From positions 1 through 64,000 of the forward strand of contig CAVXEP010000006.1 in the NCBI GenBank assembly GCA_963760795.1: 64,000 nucleotides of DNA. Reading direction: 5' to 3'. The notes beneath the pieces are model-generated. The model had not been told where the DNA came from. It ran no database searches and saw only the letters and a program-made list of their open reading frames with translations. Both the position numbers and the translations under genes were made by a program. Positions 11,220 to 19,645 of the stretch are shown one piece after another; within the stretch, counting starts at the first letter, position 1, and each line of letters begins with the position of its first letter. The stretch is from an uncultured delta proteobacterium (GTDB lineage Bacteria; Desulfobacterota; Binatia; UBA9968).

Positions 11220-11726
11220 ATGTCAGAGAAGTCTCCCATCAACATCAAGAAGATCGGTCATATCGTCTACGCGTGCAGCGATATCGAGCGCACGTCGAAA
11301 TTTTGGACCGAGATCATGGGCTTTAAGTTTTCCGATAAGAACGAGGGCGGCATGGTGTTTTTCCGCAACGCCAACGACCATCACACCATCGCCTTGGTGC
11401 AAGCCACGGAAAAGAACCAACTGCCCAAACGCGGCGAAGTCGGCTTCGATCACATGGCGTTGGAAGTCGCCACCGTGTCGGAGCTGTTCAAGATCCGCGA
11501 TTTCCTGAAGGCCAAGGGCGTGACGATTTTCTACGAGGGCCGGCGCGGCCCCGGCGGCAATCCCGGCCTCGAATTCTACGATCCCGATGGCTATAAGATC
11601 GAAATCTACGCCGCCATGGATCAGATCGGCACCGACGGCAAAAGCCGCCCGGCCAATGAATGGAGCCGCGCGACCACCTTGGAAGAAGCGGTGAACAATC
11701 CGCTGCCCGGCGCCGAGTATCATTAG
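11220..11726 (+). CDS. VOC family protein, paralogue of 6620..7174
   Basis: IGHIVY, DHHTIAL, FDHMALEV, EGRRGPG, FYDPDGYKIEI; strong RBS aaggag. Confidence 0.9.
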   Translation: MSEKSPINIKKIGHIVYACSDIERTSKFWTEIMGFKFSDKNEGGMVFFRNANDHHTIALVQATEKNQLPKRGEVGFDHMALEVATVSELFKIRDFLKAKGVTIFYEGRRGPGGNPGLEFYDPDGYKIEIYAAMDQIGTDGKSRPANEWSRATTLEEAVNNPLPGAEYH

Positions 11727-11735
11727 AGCATGGCC

Positions 11736-11789
11736 GTCTCGGGTTTTGAGTTTCGGGTTAACGGAACCCGGAACTCAAAACCCGAAACC
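11736..11789. repeat. Heptamer-periodic inverted repeat
   Basis: gtctcgg-gttttga-gtttcgg-gtt ... aacccgg-aactcaa-aacccga-aac. Confidence 0.75.
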
Positions 11790-11851
11790 AATCGCTTCCA
11801 CTCTCGGCCGCCGTCTGACGCTCGTTCACGCATGGCACAAAATTAAAGCCA

Positions 11852-12926
11852 ATGATCTCCATCCGCCGCCTGCACAAACGGTTCACCGTCAGCGACGGCG
11901 TGGTTGCGGCGATCAAGTCCCTCGATCTTGAAGTCACCGAGGGCGAACTATTCGTCATCGTCGGCGCCAGCGGCTCGGGTAAGACGACGCTGCTGCGCTG
12001 CATCGCCGGACTGGAAGTCCCGGACGGCGGCGAGGTCCGCATCGACGGTAGAATCGTTTCCTCGGATACGCCGCCTACTTGGATCGCACCGCAGCAGCGC
12101 AGGCTCGGCATGGTGTTTCAATCCTACGCCGTCTGGCCCCATCTCACGGTATCGCAAAATATCGCCCTACCGCTGGCCGAGGGCGCCCAGCGCATCGCCA
12201 AGAGCGAAGTCGCCAACCGGGTCAAAGAAGCGCTCCGTTTAGTTCAGTTGGAAGAACAGGCCGACCGTCCGGCGACTTTACTGAGCGGCGGCCAGCAGCA
12301 GAGAGTGGCCCTGGCGCGCGCCATCGCCGTCAACTCGCGATTGTTGTTGATGGACGAGCCGCTGAGCAATTTGGACGCCCGGTTGCGCGAAGACGTGCGC
12401 GGCCGGATTCGCGAGCTCGCCAAACAATTGCGCTCCACGGTTCTTTATGTCACCCACGACCAGATCGAAGCGATGGCCATCGCCGACAAGATCGCCCTTA
12501 TGCAAGCCGGCGAGTTATTGCAAGTGGGCACACCAGCGCAAATTTATCACAAGCCAATCAGCGCCGATGTCGCCGATTTCTTCGGCTCGGTGAATTGGCT
12601 CGACGGCGAGATCGTCGCCGCCGGTGTCGCCGACTCGCCCATCGGCAAGCTTCAAGTCGAGCCCACGGCTAAGCCGGGGCAAAAGGTTCGCCTCGGCTTT
12701 CGCCCGGAGAATCTGCGCGCCGTTAACGGCACCCAGTCAAACCAACGGCTTCGCCGGCCAAATCGTCTCGAGCACCTTTCTCGGCGATCAGTTTACCTTT
12801 TGCGCCGACGCCAACGGCCGCCAGCTGTTTGGCAAGAACCGCACCCTTCCCGATAGTTCAAATGGATTAACCCGATTCACCGTGGACACGGCGGACATCA
12901 TGGTTTTTTCCCGCCGCGATCCGTAA
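11852..12926 (+). CDS. ABC transporter ATP-binding subunit (FbpC/PotA type), frameshift near 12740
   Basis: Walker A GASGSGKTT, LSGGQQQRVALARA, LLMDEPLSNLDA, YVTHDQ; TOBE-like tail in 12624..12926. Confidence 0.93.
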
Positions 12927-12944
12927 CTCATAGGAGGACAACAC

Positions 12945-14015
12945 ATGATCGTAAGACTCACAGGAGTGGTAGTCGCCCTGTTGTGCCTTGCCGCCCAGGC
13001 CGGCGCCACGACGTTAAACGAATTGATTGAAGGCGCGCGCAAAGAAGGCACCCTGCGCGGCCAATGGGGCCAGGCAAGCTTCGGCGGCAGCGAAGGTTTC
13101 AAGGAAATCGTCGCCAACATGAACAAGAAATATAAACTCGACCTGAAAGGCCAGTACACGCCGGGTCCCGACATGCAGGCGTTGATGTTGCGGATCATCC
13201 AGGAAGCTGCCGCCGGCCAGCCGGCGAGCACCGATGTCTACCTCGGCAACGCCCAGGCGATGCTCGACGCCCTGAACAGCAAAGCGCTCAAGCCGATGAC
13301 CTACAATCAATTCATTCAGGACAAGCCGGCGAGCGAGGGCAAGTTCAACCCAATCGCCGCGGACGGCACCCATGTGGCGGTCGCCACCGCCGTGGTCGGC
13401 GTGCAGTTCAACACCAACGCGGTCAAGGGCAACGACATACCCAAGCGCATCGAGGACGTGCTCAATCCCAAGTGGAAAGGCAAGATCGCTTCGACGCCCT
13501 ACGCCGCCGGCATGCGCGAGTTCGCCACGCCGGATTTCTTGGGCCGGGAAAAAATGGTCGACTTCACGCGCAAGCTGTCCAAGCAGATCGCCGGCCTGAT
13601 GCGCTGCGGCGAAGTCGAGCGCATCACCAGCGGCGAATTCATCATGCTGGCGTTCACCTGCGGCGGCAACGACGTCAACGTCGCCAAACGCACCGGCGCG
13701 CCGGTGGGCCATAGCGTCATGGAAGAAGGCACGGTGCTGCACATGCGTTATGCCGCCGTGCCAAAGAATTCGCGCTCGCCCAACGCCGGCGCGCTGTTGA
13801 TTCATTATTTGTTGAGCGCCGAGGGCCAAGAGCTGCTCTGGCGCATCGACGGTTTGGATCTGCACCTATTCCCCGGCTCGCAAACCAAACGGGAGCTCGA
13901 CATTGTCCGCGCCGCCAAAGGCAAGATCATTATCAACTCCCCGGAATGGCTGGCGTCGTTCAAAGACTACACGGCGATCCAGAAAGAGCTGGAAGGCATC
14001 CTGCGGCAGAAATAA
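12945..14015 (+). CDS. Extracellular solute-binding protein (AfuA/FbpA-like)
   Basis: Signal peptide, LIEGARKEG, EDVLNPKWKGKI, SPNAGALLIHYLLSAEGQ; RBS aggagg. Confidence 0.88.
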   Translation: MIVRLTGVVVALLCLAAQAGATTLNELIEGARKEGTLRGQWGQASFGGSEGFKEIVANMNKKYKLDLKGQYTPGPDMQALMLRIIQEAAAGQPASTDVYLGNAQAMLDALNSKALKPMTYNQFIQDKPASEGKFNPIAADGTHVAVATAVVGVQFNTNAVKGNDIPKRIEDVLNPKWKGKIASTPYAAGMREFATPDFLGREKMVDFTRKLSKQIAGLMRCGEVERITSGEFIMLAFTCGGNDVNVAKRTGAPVGHSVMEEGTVLHMRYAAVPKNSRSPNAGALLIHYLLSAEGQELLWRIDGLDLHLFPGSQTKRELDIVRAAKGKIIINSPEWLASFKDYTAIQKELEGILRQK

Positions 14016-14023
14016 AACTCGAG

Positions 14024-14117
14024 CTGGAGTGTTGGAGTAGTGGAGTGATGGAGTGCTGGGACTGCTCTCTCCTCGACTCCGAGTACTCCAGTACTCCAAT
14101 ACTCCATCACTCCAATC
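14024..14117. repeat. Octamer-periodic inverted repeat inside the ABC operon
   Basis: (tggagtgt)(tggagtag)(tggagtga)(tggagtgc) mirrored by (tactccag)(tactccaa)(tactccat)(cactccaa). Confidence 0.85.
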
Positions 14118-14120
14118 CTC

Positions 14121-15860
14121 ATGACCGCCTACACCTCACGGCTCAGGAGTTTTCTCGCCGGCACACAGACCTCGTCTGCGCTCCTGTCGCTGGCCGCGCT
14201 ACCGATGGCGGTGATCCTCGTGCTCGTCATCGCCATGTTTTGGGTCAGCCTGCAGAAAGGTGCCCTCGGCACGCCCAGTGCGATTTACACACTGGCCAAT
14301 TACCGCGAAGTGTTTGCCGATCCATTTATCATCGGCGTTGCCGTCAACACGTTGATCTTCACGGTCACGGCGACGTTGGTCGCCTTGCTGTTCGGCTTGC
14401 CGGTGGCCTGGCTGGTGGAGCGAACTACCCTGCCGGGGAAAACCTTACTCTACGCAATCATGACGCTCGGTTTACTCATACCGGGAATCTACACCGCCAT
14501 GGGCTGGACTCTGATCGCCCATCCGCGCATCGGTTTGGTCAATCGCTGGCTGATCGATCTGTTCAATCTCGATGCCGGGCCGATCAATATCGCCACGCCC
14601 ATCGGCATGGGCTTCGTTCAAGGACTGAGTCTCGCCGCCCTGGCGTTCATTTTAACCTCGCAAATGTTTCGTGCCATGAATCCGTCGCTGGAAGAAGCGG
14701 CGCGGGTGCATGGCATGAGCTTTGGCAGAATCATGCGGCGCATCACCTTGCCGCTGGCCCGGCCGGGAATCCTGGCGGCGGTGATTTATATCTTCACCAT
14801 CGGCATCGCCACCTTCGATATTCCGGCGATCTTGGGCTTGGGCAACCGCGTTTACCTGCTCAGCACCTTTATCTATCTCAAAGTTCATCCCCAGGGCGCC
14901 GGCCTGCCCGAGTACGGCATCACCGGTGTCGTCGGCGCCTTCATGATCGTCGTCGCCGGCCTGCTGACGCTGTGGTACAGCCAAGTACTGCGCCAGGGAC
15001 ACCGCTTCGAAGTCGTCACCGGCAAGGGTTACAAACCGACGCTGATTCCGCTCGGCCGTTGGTCGCTGGCCGCCTGGAGTTTTATATTTCTCTACGCGCT
15101 GTTCTCGAAACTGTTGCCGTTATTGCTGATCGCCTACGCCGCGCTGACGCCCTACTTCGTGCCGCCGTCCATGGAAGCGATGAAGCATCTCTCCTTCAGC
15201 CACTTTCACGGCATGGACTGGGAATTGGTGTTGCGCGGTTTGAAGAATACCGCGCTGCTGGTCACCGTCGTGCCGCTTGCGGTGCTCTTGCTCGCCTTCG
15301 CGCTCTCCTGGCTGATCGTGCGCTCGCGCAGCCGGCTGCGTTATGTGCTGGAGTTCGGCGCCTTCCTGCCGCAAGCCCTGCCCGAAGTGATTCTCGCCAT
15401 CGGCGCTTTGTTACTCGCGCTCTTTGTCATCGGCGCGAGGATCCCGCTCTACGGTTCGGTGTGGATCATCGCGATCGTCTACATAGTCGCCCGCCTGGCT
15501 TTCGCCACCCGCGCGCTCAACGGCTCGCTTTTGCAAATCCATCGCGAGCTCGAAGAAGCCGCCTTCGTCTCCGGCCTGTCCACCGCCCGCACCGCCTGGC
15601 GGGTCTTGTTCCCGTTGATTCGGCCCACGCTATTTTCCGTGTGGATTTGGACGGCACTGCTGGTCTACCGTGAACTCACCGCAGCGGTCTTCCTCGCGGT
15701 CCATGACAACATCACATTGCCGGCGGTGATCTGGAGCTACTGGTACAGCGGCAGCATCAACAAGGCTTCGGCCGTAACGCTGCTGATGACATTGGTTTTG
15801 GCGCCGTTGATTTTCATCGCCTGGTGGTTCGGCCGGCGCAGCCAGGTCTCGCTCAATTGA
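14121..15860 (+). CDS. ABC permease (FbpB type, two EAA loops)
   Basis: SLEEAARVHGM and ELEEAAFVSGL; about 12 TM segments. Confidence 0.93.
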   Translation: MTAYTSRLRSFLAGTQTSSALLSLAALPMAVILVLVIAMFWVSLQKGALGTPSAIYTLANYREVFADPFIIGVAVNTLIFTVTATLVALLFGLPVAWLVERTTLPGKTLLYAIMTLGLLIPGIYTAMGWTLIAHPRIGLVNRWLIDLFNLDAGPINIATPIGMGFVQGLSLAALAFILTSQMFRAMNPSLEEAARVHGMSFGRIMRRITLPLARPGILAAVIYIFTIGIATFDIPAILGLGNRVYLLSTFIYLKVHPQGAGLPEYGITGVVGAFMIVVAGLLTLWYSQVLRQGHRFEVVTGKGYKPTLIPLGRWSLAAWSFIFLYALFSKLLPLLLIAYAALTPYFVPPSMEAMKHLSFSHFHGMDWELVLRGLKNTALLVTVVPLAVLLLAFALSWLIVRSRSRLRYVLEFGAFLPQALPEVILAIGALLLALFVIGARIPLYGSVWIIAIVYIVARLAFATRALNGSLLQIHRELEEAAFVSGLSTARTAWRVLFPLIRPTLFSVWIWTALLVYRELTAAVFLAVHDNITLPAVIWSYWYSGSINKASAVTLLMTLVLAPLIFIAWWFGRRSQVSLN

Positions 15861-15881
15861 CGATTCGGAATCGGATAATTG

Positions 15882-16245
15882 ACCGCAAAGGGCGCAAACA
15901 ACGCAAAATTCGCAAAGGACAGCTCACCACGATGGACACGAAGGGTTCGAAGGGTTCGGAAAATTCGGATAGTTTGAACTCCGACCTTCGTGTCCTTCGT
16001 GCCTTCTTCGAAAATACAGGTGAGGGGATGATATCCACAACGAAGAGCCTCCAGAGTTTCGTCATACCCGCGAAGGCGGGTATCCAGGCTAATTCAGCGC
16101 AGAACAAACTTGATTCCCGCATGCGCGGGAATGACGAATCAAGGAGGGAAGCATGTTCCGGGAATGCGAACCATTTTCATGCTCTGTAGGCGAGCGCAAG
16201 CTCATGGGCACTTCGTGGTGACTACTCCGCCACAATGAACCTGGA
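15882..16245. repeat. Composite repeat block: nonamer IR element plus a dRS3/REP-like palindrome pair (16060-16136)
   Basis: 15882-15945 is close to the reverse complement of 39568-39630; gtcatacccgcgaaggcgggtatccag ... gattcccgcatgcgcgggaatgacg. Confidence 0.8.
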
Positions 16246-16277
16246 AGAATAAACCTGACCGCTGTCAAAGGATAATC

Positions 16278-16925
16278 ATGGACACTGAGAATTTGCTCGA
16301 AATCATCCGCCACCGGCGCAGCGTGCGCGTCTACAAAACCGGCAAGGTGAGCGACCAACAGCTGGAGAATATTCTGGAAGCGGCGCGCTGGGCGCCGTCC
16401 GGCGCCAACACCCAGCCCTGGGAGTTCGTCGTCACCCGCGACCGCAAGAAGATGAAGAAAGTGCGCGAGATCTATTCCCAGGAATGGCGCGACCGAAAAA
16501 AAGAAGACCCGGTGCACTACAAGGGCTTGAAAAAAGATTATGTCGGCGATGTCAGCGCGCTCGTGCTAGTCTGCGGCGAGGCGCGCACCAAGCAGGTCTA
16601 CTTGACCACGCGCCAGCCCGGCGACCGGGAAAAACTCTTTCAGGCGAGCATCGCCAACGCCGTGCAGCAAGCCATGCTCGCCGCCGCCAGCATGAACCTG
16701 GGCACGGTGTGGGTGTCCGTGCGTGAAGAAGTGGAGCCGGAATTAAGAGAACTGTTCAAGGTGCCGAACGAATTGCGCCTGCTCTGGGTCATGCCGGTCG
16801 GCCACGCCAGCAGTTGGCCCAAAGCCAAGCCACGCCGCCCGATTAGCGCCTTCACCCACTACGAAGTTTACGACAAGAAGCAACTACGTAAAGACACCGA
16901 CATCCACGCCTGGCCGAAAAATTAA
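16278..16925 (+). CDS. Nitroreductase family protein
   Basis: IRHRRSVRVY, ARWAPSGANTQPWEFVV, LAAASMNLGTVW. Confidence 0.92.
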   Translation: MDTENLLEIIRHRRSVRVYKTGKVSDQQLENILEAARWAPSGANTQPWEFVVTRDRKKMKKVREIYSQEWRDRKKEDPVHYKGLKKDYVGDVSALVLVCGEARTKQVYLTTRQPGDREKLFQASIANAVQQAMLAAASMNLGTVWVSVREEVEPELRELFKVPNELRLLWVMPVGHASSWPKAKPRRPISAFTHYEVYDKKQLRKDTDIHAWPKN

Positions 16926-16926
16926 G

Positions 16927-16952
16927 AGGGCGGGTTGCAAACCCGCCCCTAC
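16927..16952 (-). repeat. GTAG-type REP palindrome between convergent genes
   Basis: Minus strand reads gtaggggcgggtttgcaacccgccct. Confidence 0.75.
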
Positions 16953-17029
16953 TTTTGCCGTAACTCTTTTCGCCTCTGCGTCCCGATCGCCCGGAGCACC
17001 GTCGCATGGTGCGGCCAATCTTTTTTATC

Positions 17030-18544
17030 TTACGATTCCGAAATTTCGTATTTCTCGTGATGCAGCTCTTGGCTGGCCTTGATGATGATTCGGTGGTTGA
17101 GTTCGCGCTCGAGATTTTCCAGGCTGTTGTTTTTCTCGTCGTAGAGAAAGTTGGCGACATCGGGGTGCAGGCGCACGACGATGTTCCGGCCGTTATCCAT
17201 GCCGGCGTGATGCCGTTTGATCGCGCGCAGCACATCGTAGGCCACCGTCACCGGCGATTTGATTCGGCCGCGCCCGTCGCAGTGCGGGCAGGAACGCAGC
17301 AACTGGTTTTCCAGACTCTCGCGGGTGCGCTGGCGGGTCATCTCGACCAGACCGAGCTCGGAGATTTTCAAAATATTGGTGCGCGCTTTGTCTTTTTTCA
17401 GCGCTTCCCTGAGAGATTCATAGACCTTCTTGCGGTTGGCCTCTCTCTCCATGTCGATGAAGTCGATGATGATCAGGCCGCCGGCGTTTCTCAGCCGCAA
17501 CTGCCGCACCACTTCCTGCACCGCCTCGAGATTGGTCTTGAGAATCGTCTCTTCTTGACTGCGCTTGCCGACAAACCGGCCGGTGTTGACGTCCACCGCG
17601 GTCAGCGCTTCGGTTCGTTCGATGATGATGTAGCCGCCCGAGCGCAGCCAAGCGCGCGGGTCGAGAGCCTTGGTGATCTTTTCTTCGATGCCGAGCTGCT
17701 CGAACAGCGGTTCCTTGTCGGTATAGAGATTGATCTTCGACTTCAAGCGCGGCATGAAGTGGCGGGCGAAATCGACGATGCGCCGATGATCCTTGGGCGA
17801 ATCGATCAACACCTGCTCGGTATCGGCAGTGAAGAAATCGCGGATCGCCCGCGCGATTAGATCGAGGTCTTGATGAATCAGCGATGGCGACGGCGCGCTT
17901 TCGGCTTTTTTCTGAATGCTTTTCCAGAGCTTCTGCAAAAAACCCAAGTCGTGCTGAATCTCGCGCTTGCTCAGCCCCTCGCAGGCTGTGCGCAGAATAA
18001 AGCCCCCTTCCTCGGTACCCAAGGACTGGGCGATCTCCTTGAGCCGTTTGCGTTCCTCATCGCTCTCGATGCGCCGCGAGATGCCGATATGCTTATTGCC
18101 CGGCATGAAAACCATGTAGCGGCCCGGCAGGGAAATATGCGACGTCACCCGCGCGCCTTTGGTGCCGAGCGGATCCTTGGCGACTTGCACGAGCACTTCC
18201 TCGCCGCGCGAGAGCTGCTTTTCCAGGGGCAGATGGCGCGATGGACTGGGCTTGGGCGCCGGCGCCTCTTCGAATTCGACATCGTCGCCGGAAGGGCTGA
18301 GCAGATGGACGTCATCGAGGGCGGAGAAGTCCGAGGCGTGGAGAAATCCCGCCTTGTCCATGCCGATCTCGACAAAAGCCGCTTGCATGCCGGGTAAAAC
18401 CCGCGCGACTTTGCCTTTGTAAATATTGCCCGCGATGCCCATCTCTTCTTTTCGTTCAACCAAGAGCTCGGCTAAGAGACCGTCTTCGACGAGCGCGATG
18501 CGGCTTTCCTGGGGCGTGGAATTGATAATAATTTCTTGTTTCAT
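17030..18544 (-). CDS. rng: Ribonuclease G (Rne/Rng family)
   Basis: GNIYKGKVARVLPGMQAAFV, QVAKDPLGTKGARVT, DVNTG, IIIDFIDM, GLVEMTRQR, CPHC; 504 aa with no RNase E scaffold. Confidence 0.95.
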   Translation of the reverse strand: MKQEIIINSTPQESRIALVEDGLLAELLVERKEEMGIAGNIYKGKVARVLPGMQAAFVEIGMDKAGFLHASDFSALDDVHLLSPSGDDVEFEEAPAPKPSPSRHLPLEKQLSRGEEVLVQVAKDPLGTKGARVTSHISLPGRYMVFMPGNKHIGISRRIESDEERKRLKEIAQSLGTEEGGFILRTACEGLSKREIQHDLGFLQKLWKSIQKKAESAPSPSLIHQDLDLIARAIRDFFTADTEQVLIDSPKDHRRIVDFARHFMPRLKSKINLYTDKEPLFEQLGIEEKITKALDPRAWLRSGGYIIIERTEALTAVDVNTGRFVGKRSQEETILKTNLEAVQEVVRQLRLRNAGGLIIIDFIDMEREANRKKVYESLREALKKDKARTNILKISELGLVEMTRQRTRESLENQLLRSCPHCDGRGRIKSPVTVAYDVLRAIKRHHAGMDNGRNIVVRLHPDVANFLYDEKNNSLENLERELNHRIIIKASQELHHEKYEISES

Positions 18545-18714
18545 AGTTTCCTATAGACACTAAACTCTTGGCGATGCCGGTGGGTGCGGTGCGAGGCGGG
18601 CCGTGCAGGGAATGGCGCAACCGACGAATAGCAAAAAAGAAAGTAGCTGACATGAGTTATAAAAGAAATCGCCGGTGAGATCAAGATGAAGCGCCCAGTT
18701 GGCCTGTCGTCAAA

Positions 18715-18743
18715 TTGACATTGGCGCAGGAGCCCGGTATTTT
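18715..18743 (+). promoter_or_regulatory. Sigma70-like promoter for the HNH gene
   Basis: TTGACA-17 bp-TATTTT. Confidence 0.55.
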
Positions 18744-18797
18744 CATAAGAGTACCGGCGACCCGATCGGCATCATTACCGCGTGACGAAAGCTGACT

Positions 18798-19431
18798 ATG
18801 ACTTTTTCAGCCACCGCGCCAGGTTATTCGATTCTCCACACCAAGGTCCTGATCCTCAATCGGTCCTACCTACCGATCCATGTCACCTCGGTTAAGCGCG
18901 CCTTCGTGCTGCTCTACCAGGGCATCGCCAAAGCGGTAAACGAGCAGTATCAAACCTTCGATTTCGACAGCTGGAGCGATCTTTCGATCGCCACCCATTA
19001 CGAGACCGTCGGCATGGTCAATCGCGTCATTCGCGTGCCGCGGGTGATTCTGTTGGTGAGCTACGACCGCGTGCCCAAGCGCCAGGTTCGCTTCAGCCGC
19101 TTTAATATCTATGCCCGCGATAAGTTGACCTGCCAGTATTGCCACCGACGATTGCCGCGCCAGGAACTCAATCTCGATCACGTCATTCCGCGTTCCCAAG
19201 GCGGCGTATCCGTCTGGGAGAACGTGGTCTGCTCGTGCCATGAGTGCAATCGGCGCAAGGGCGGGCGGACACCGCAACAAGCCGGCATGCTGCTGAAGCG
19301 CAATCCGGTGCGGCCCGCAGTGGACGCCGTTCATGCAGGAAACCTTCAGCCTGTCGCGCTACCGCGAGTGGACCCCCTTCCTCAACACCGTCGACGCCTC
19401 ATACTGGAATACCGAACTACTCGAGCGTTAG
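18798..19431 (+). CDS. HNH endonuclease family protein, frameshift near 19318
   Basis: VLILNRSY, IYARDKLTCQYC, LDHVIPRSQGG..WENVVCSCHECNRRKG; the shifted frame gives a plausible tail ..WTPF..YREWTPFLNTVDASYWNTELLER*. Confidence 0.9.
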
Positions 19432-19503
19432 CATCCCTCGGATTGACGCTGGCTCGCGCTAGCCTACCCCCCGGCAATTTTCCCGGACGTTCAGCAGCGG
19501 TTA

Positions 19504-19552
19504 ATTCAATATATAGTGGTAAGTTATCGGCAAACCCCACCGTATCTTGTGA
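19504..19552. promoter_or_regulatory. Tandem NrdR-box-like sites immediately upstream of the smc -35 (TTGACA 19560-19565)
   Basis: attCAATATATAGtgg (19504-19519) and ccaCcgTATcTTGtga (19537-19552) versus consensus acaCwAtATaTwGtgt. Confidence 0.6.
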
Positions 19553-19645
19553 TTTATTCTTGACACCCTCGGAAAGCTGTGAAATAGTAACGCCATATTT
19601 CGCTTACCGAATTTACCCGAAAGTTACCTAAACTTGAATTAAAAG

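Noticed and set aside
14024-14117. Periodic repeats here, at 34330-34590 and at 43200-43440 as CRISPR arrays
   Set aside because: Units are 7-9 bp micro-repeats or a two-copy tRNA-derived unit, with no unique spacers of constant length and no cas genes.
13946-15673. Long alternative-frame and antisense ORFs (for example 13946..15673, 26573..27802, 17006..17860)
   Set aside because: Shadow ORFs of GC-rich genes with Arg/Ala/Pro-rich composition and no motifs.
15824-16189. Similar peptides KGRK.RK.RKGQLTT in ORFs 15824..16189 and 39449..39688 as a small-protein family
   Set aside because: The similarity is confined to the shared DNA repeat; starts and remaining sequence are unrelated.
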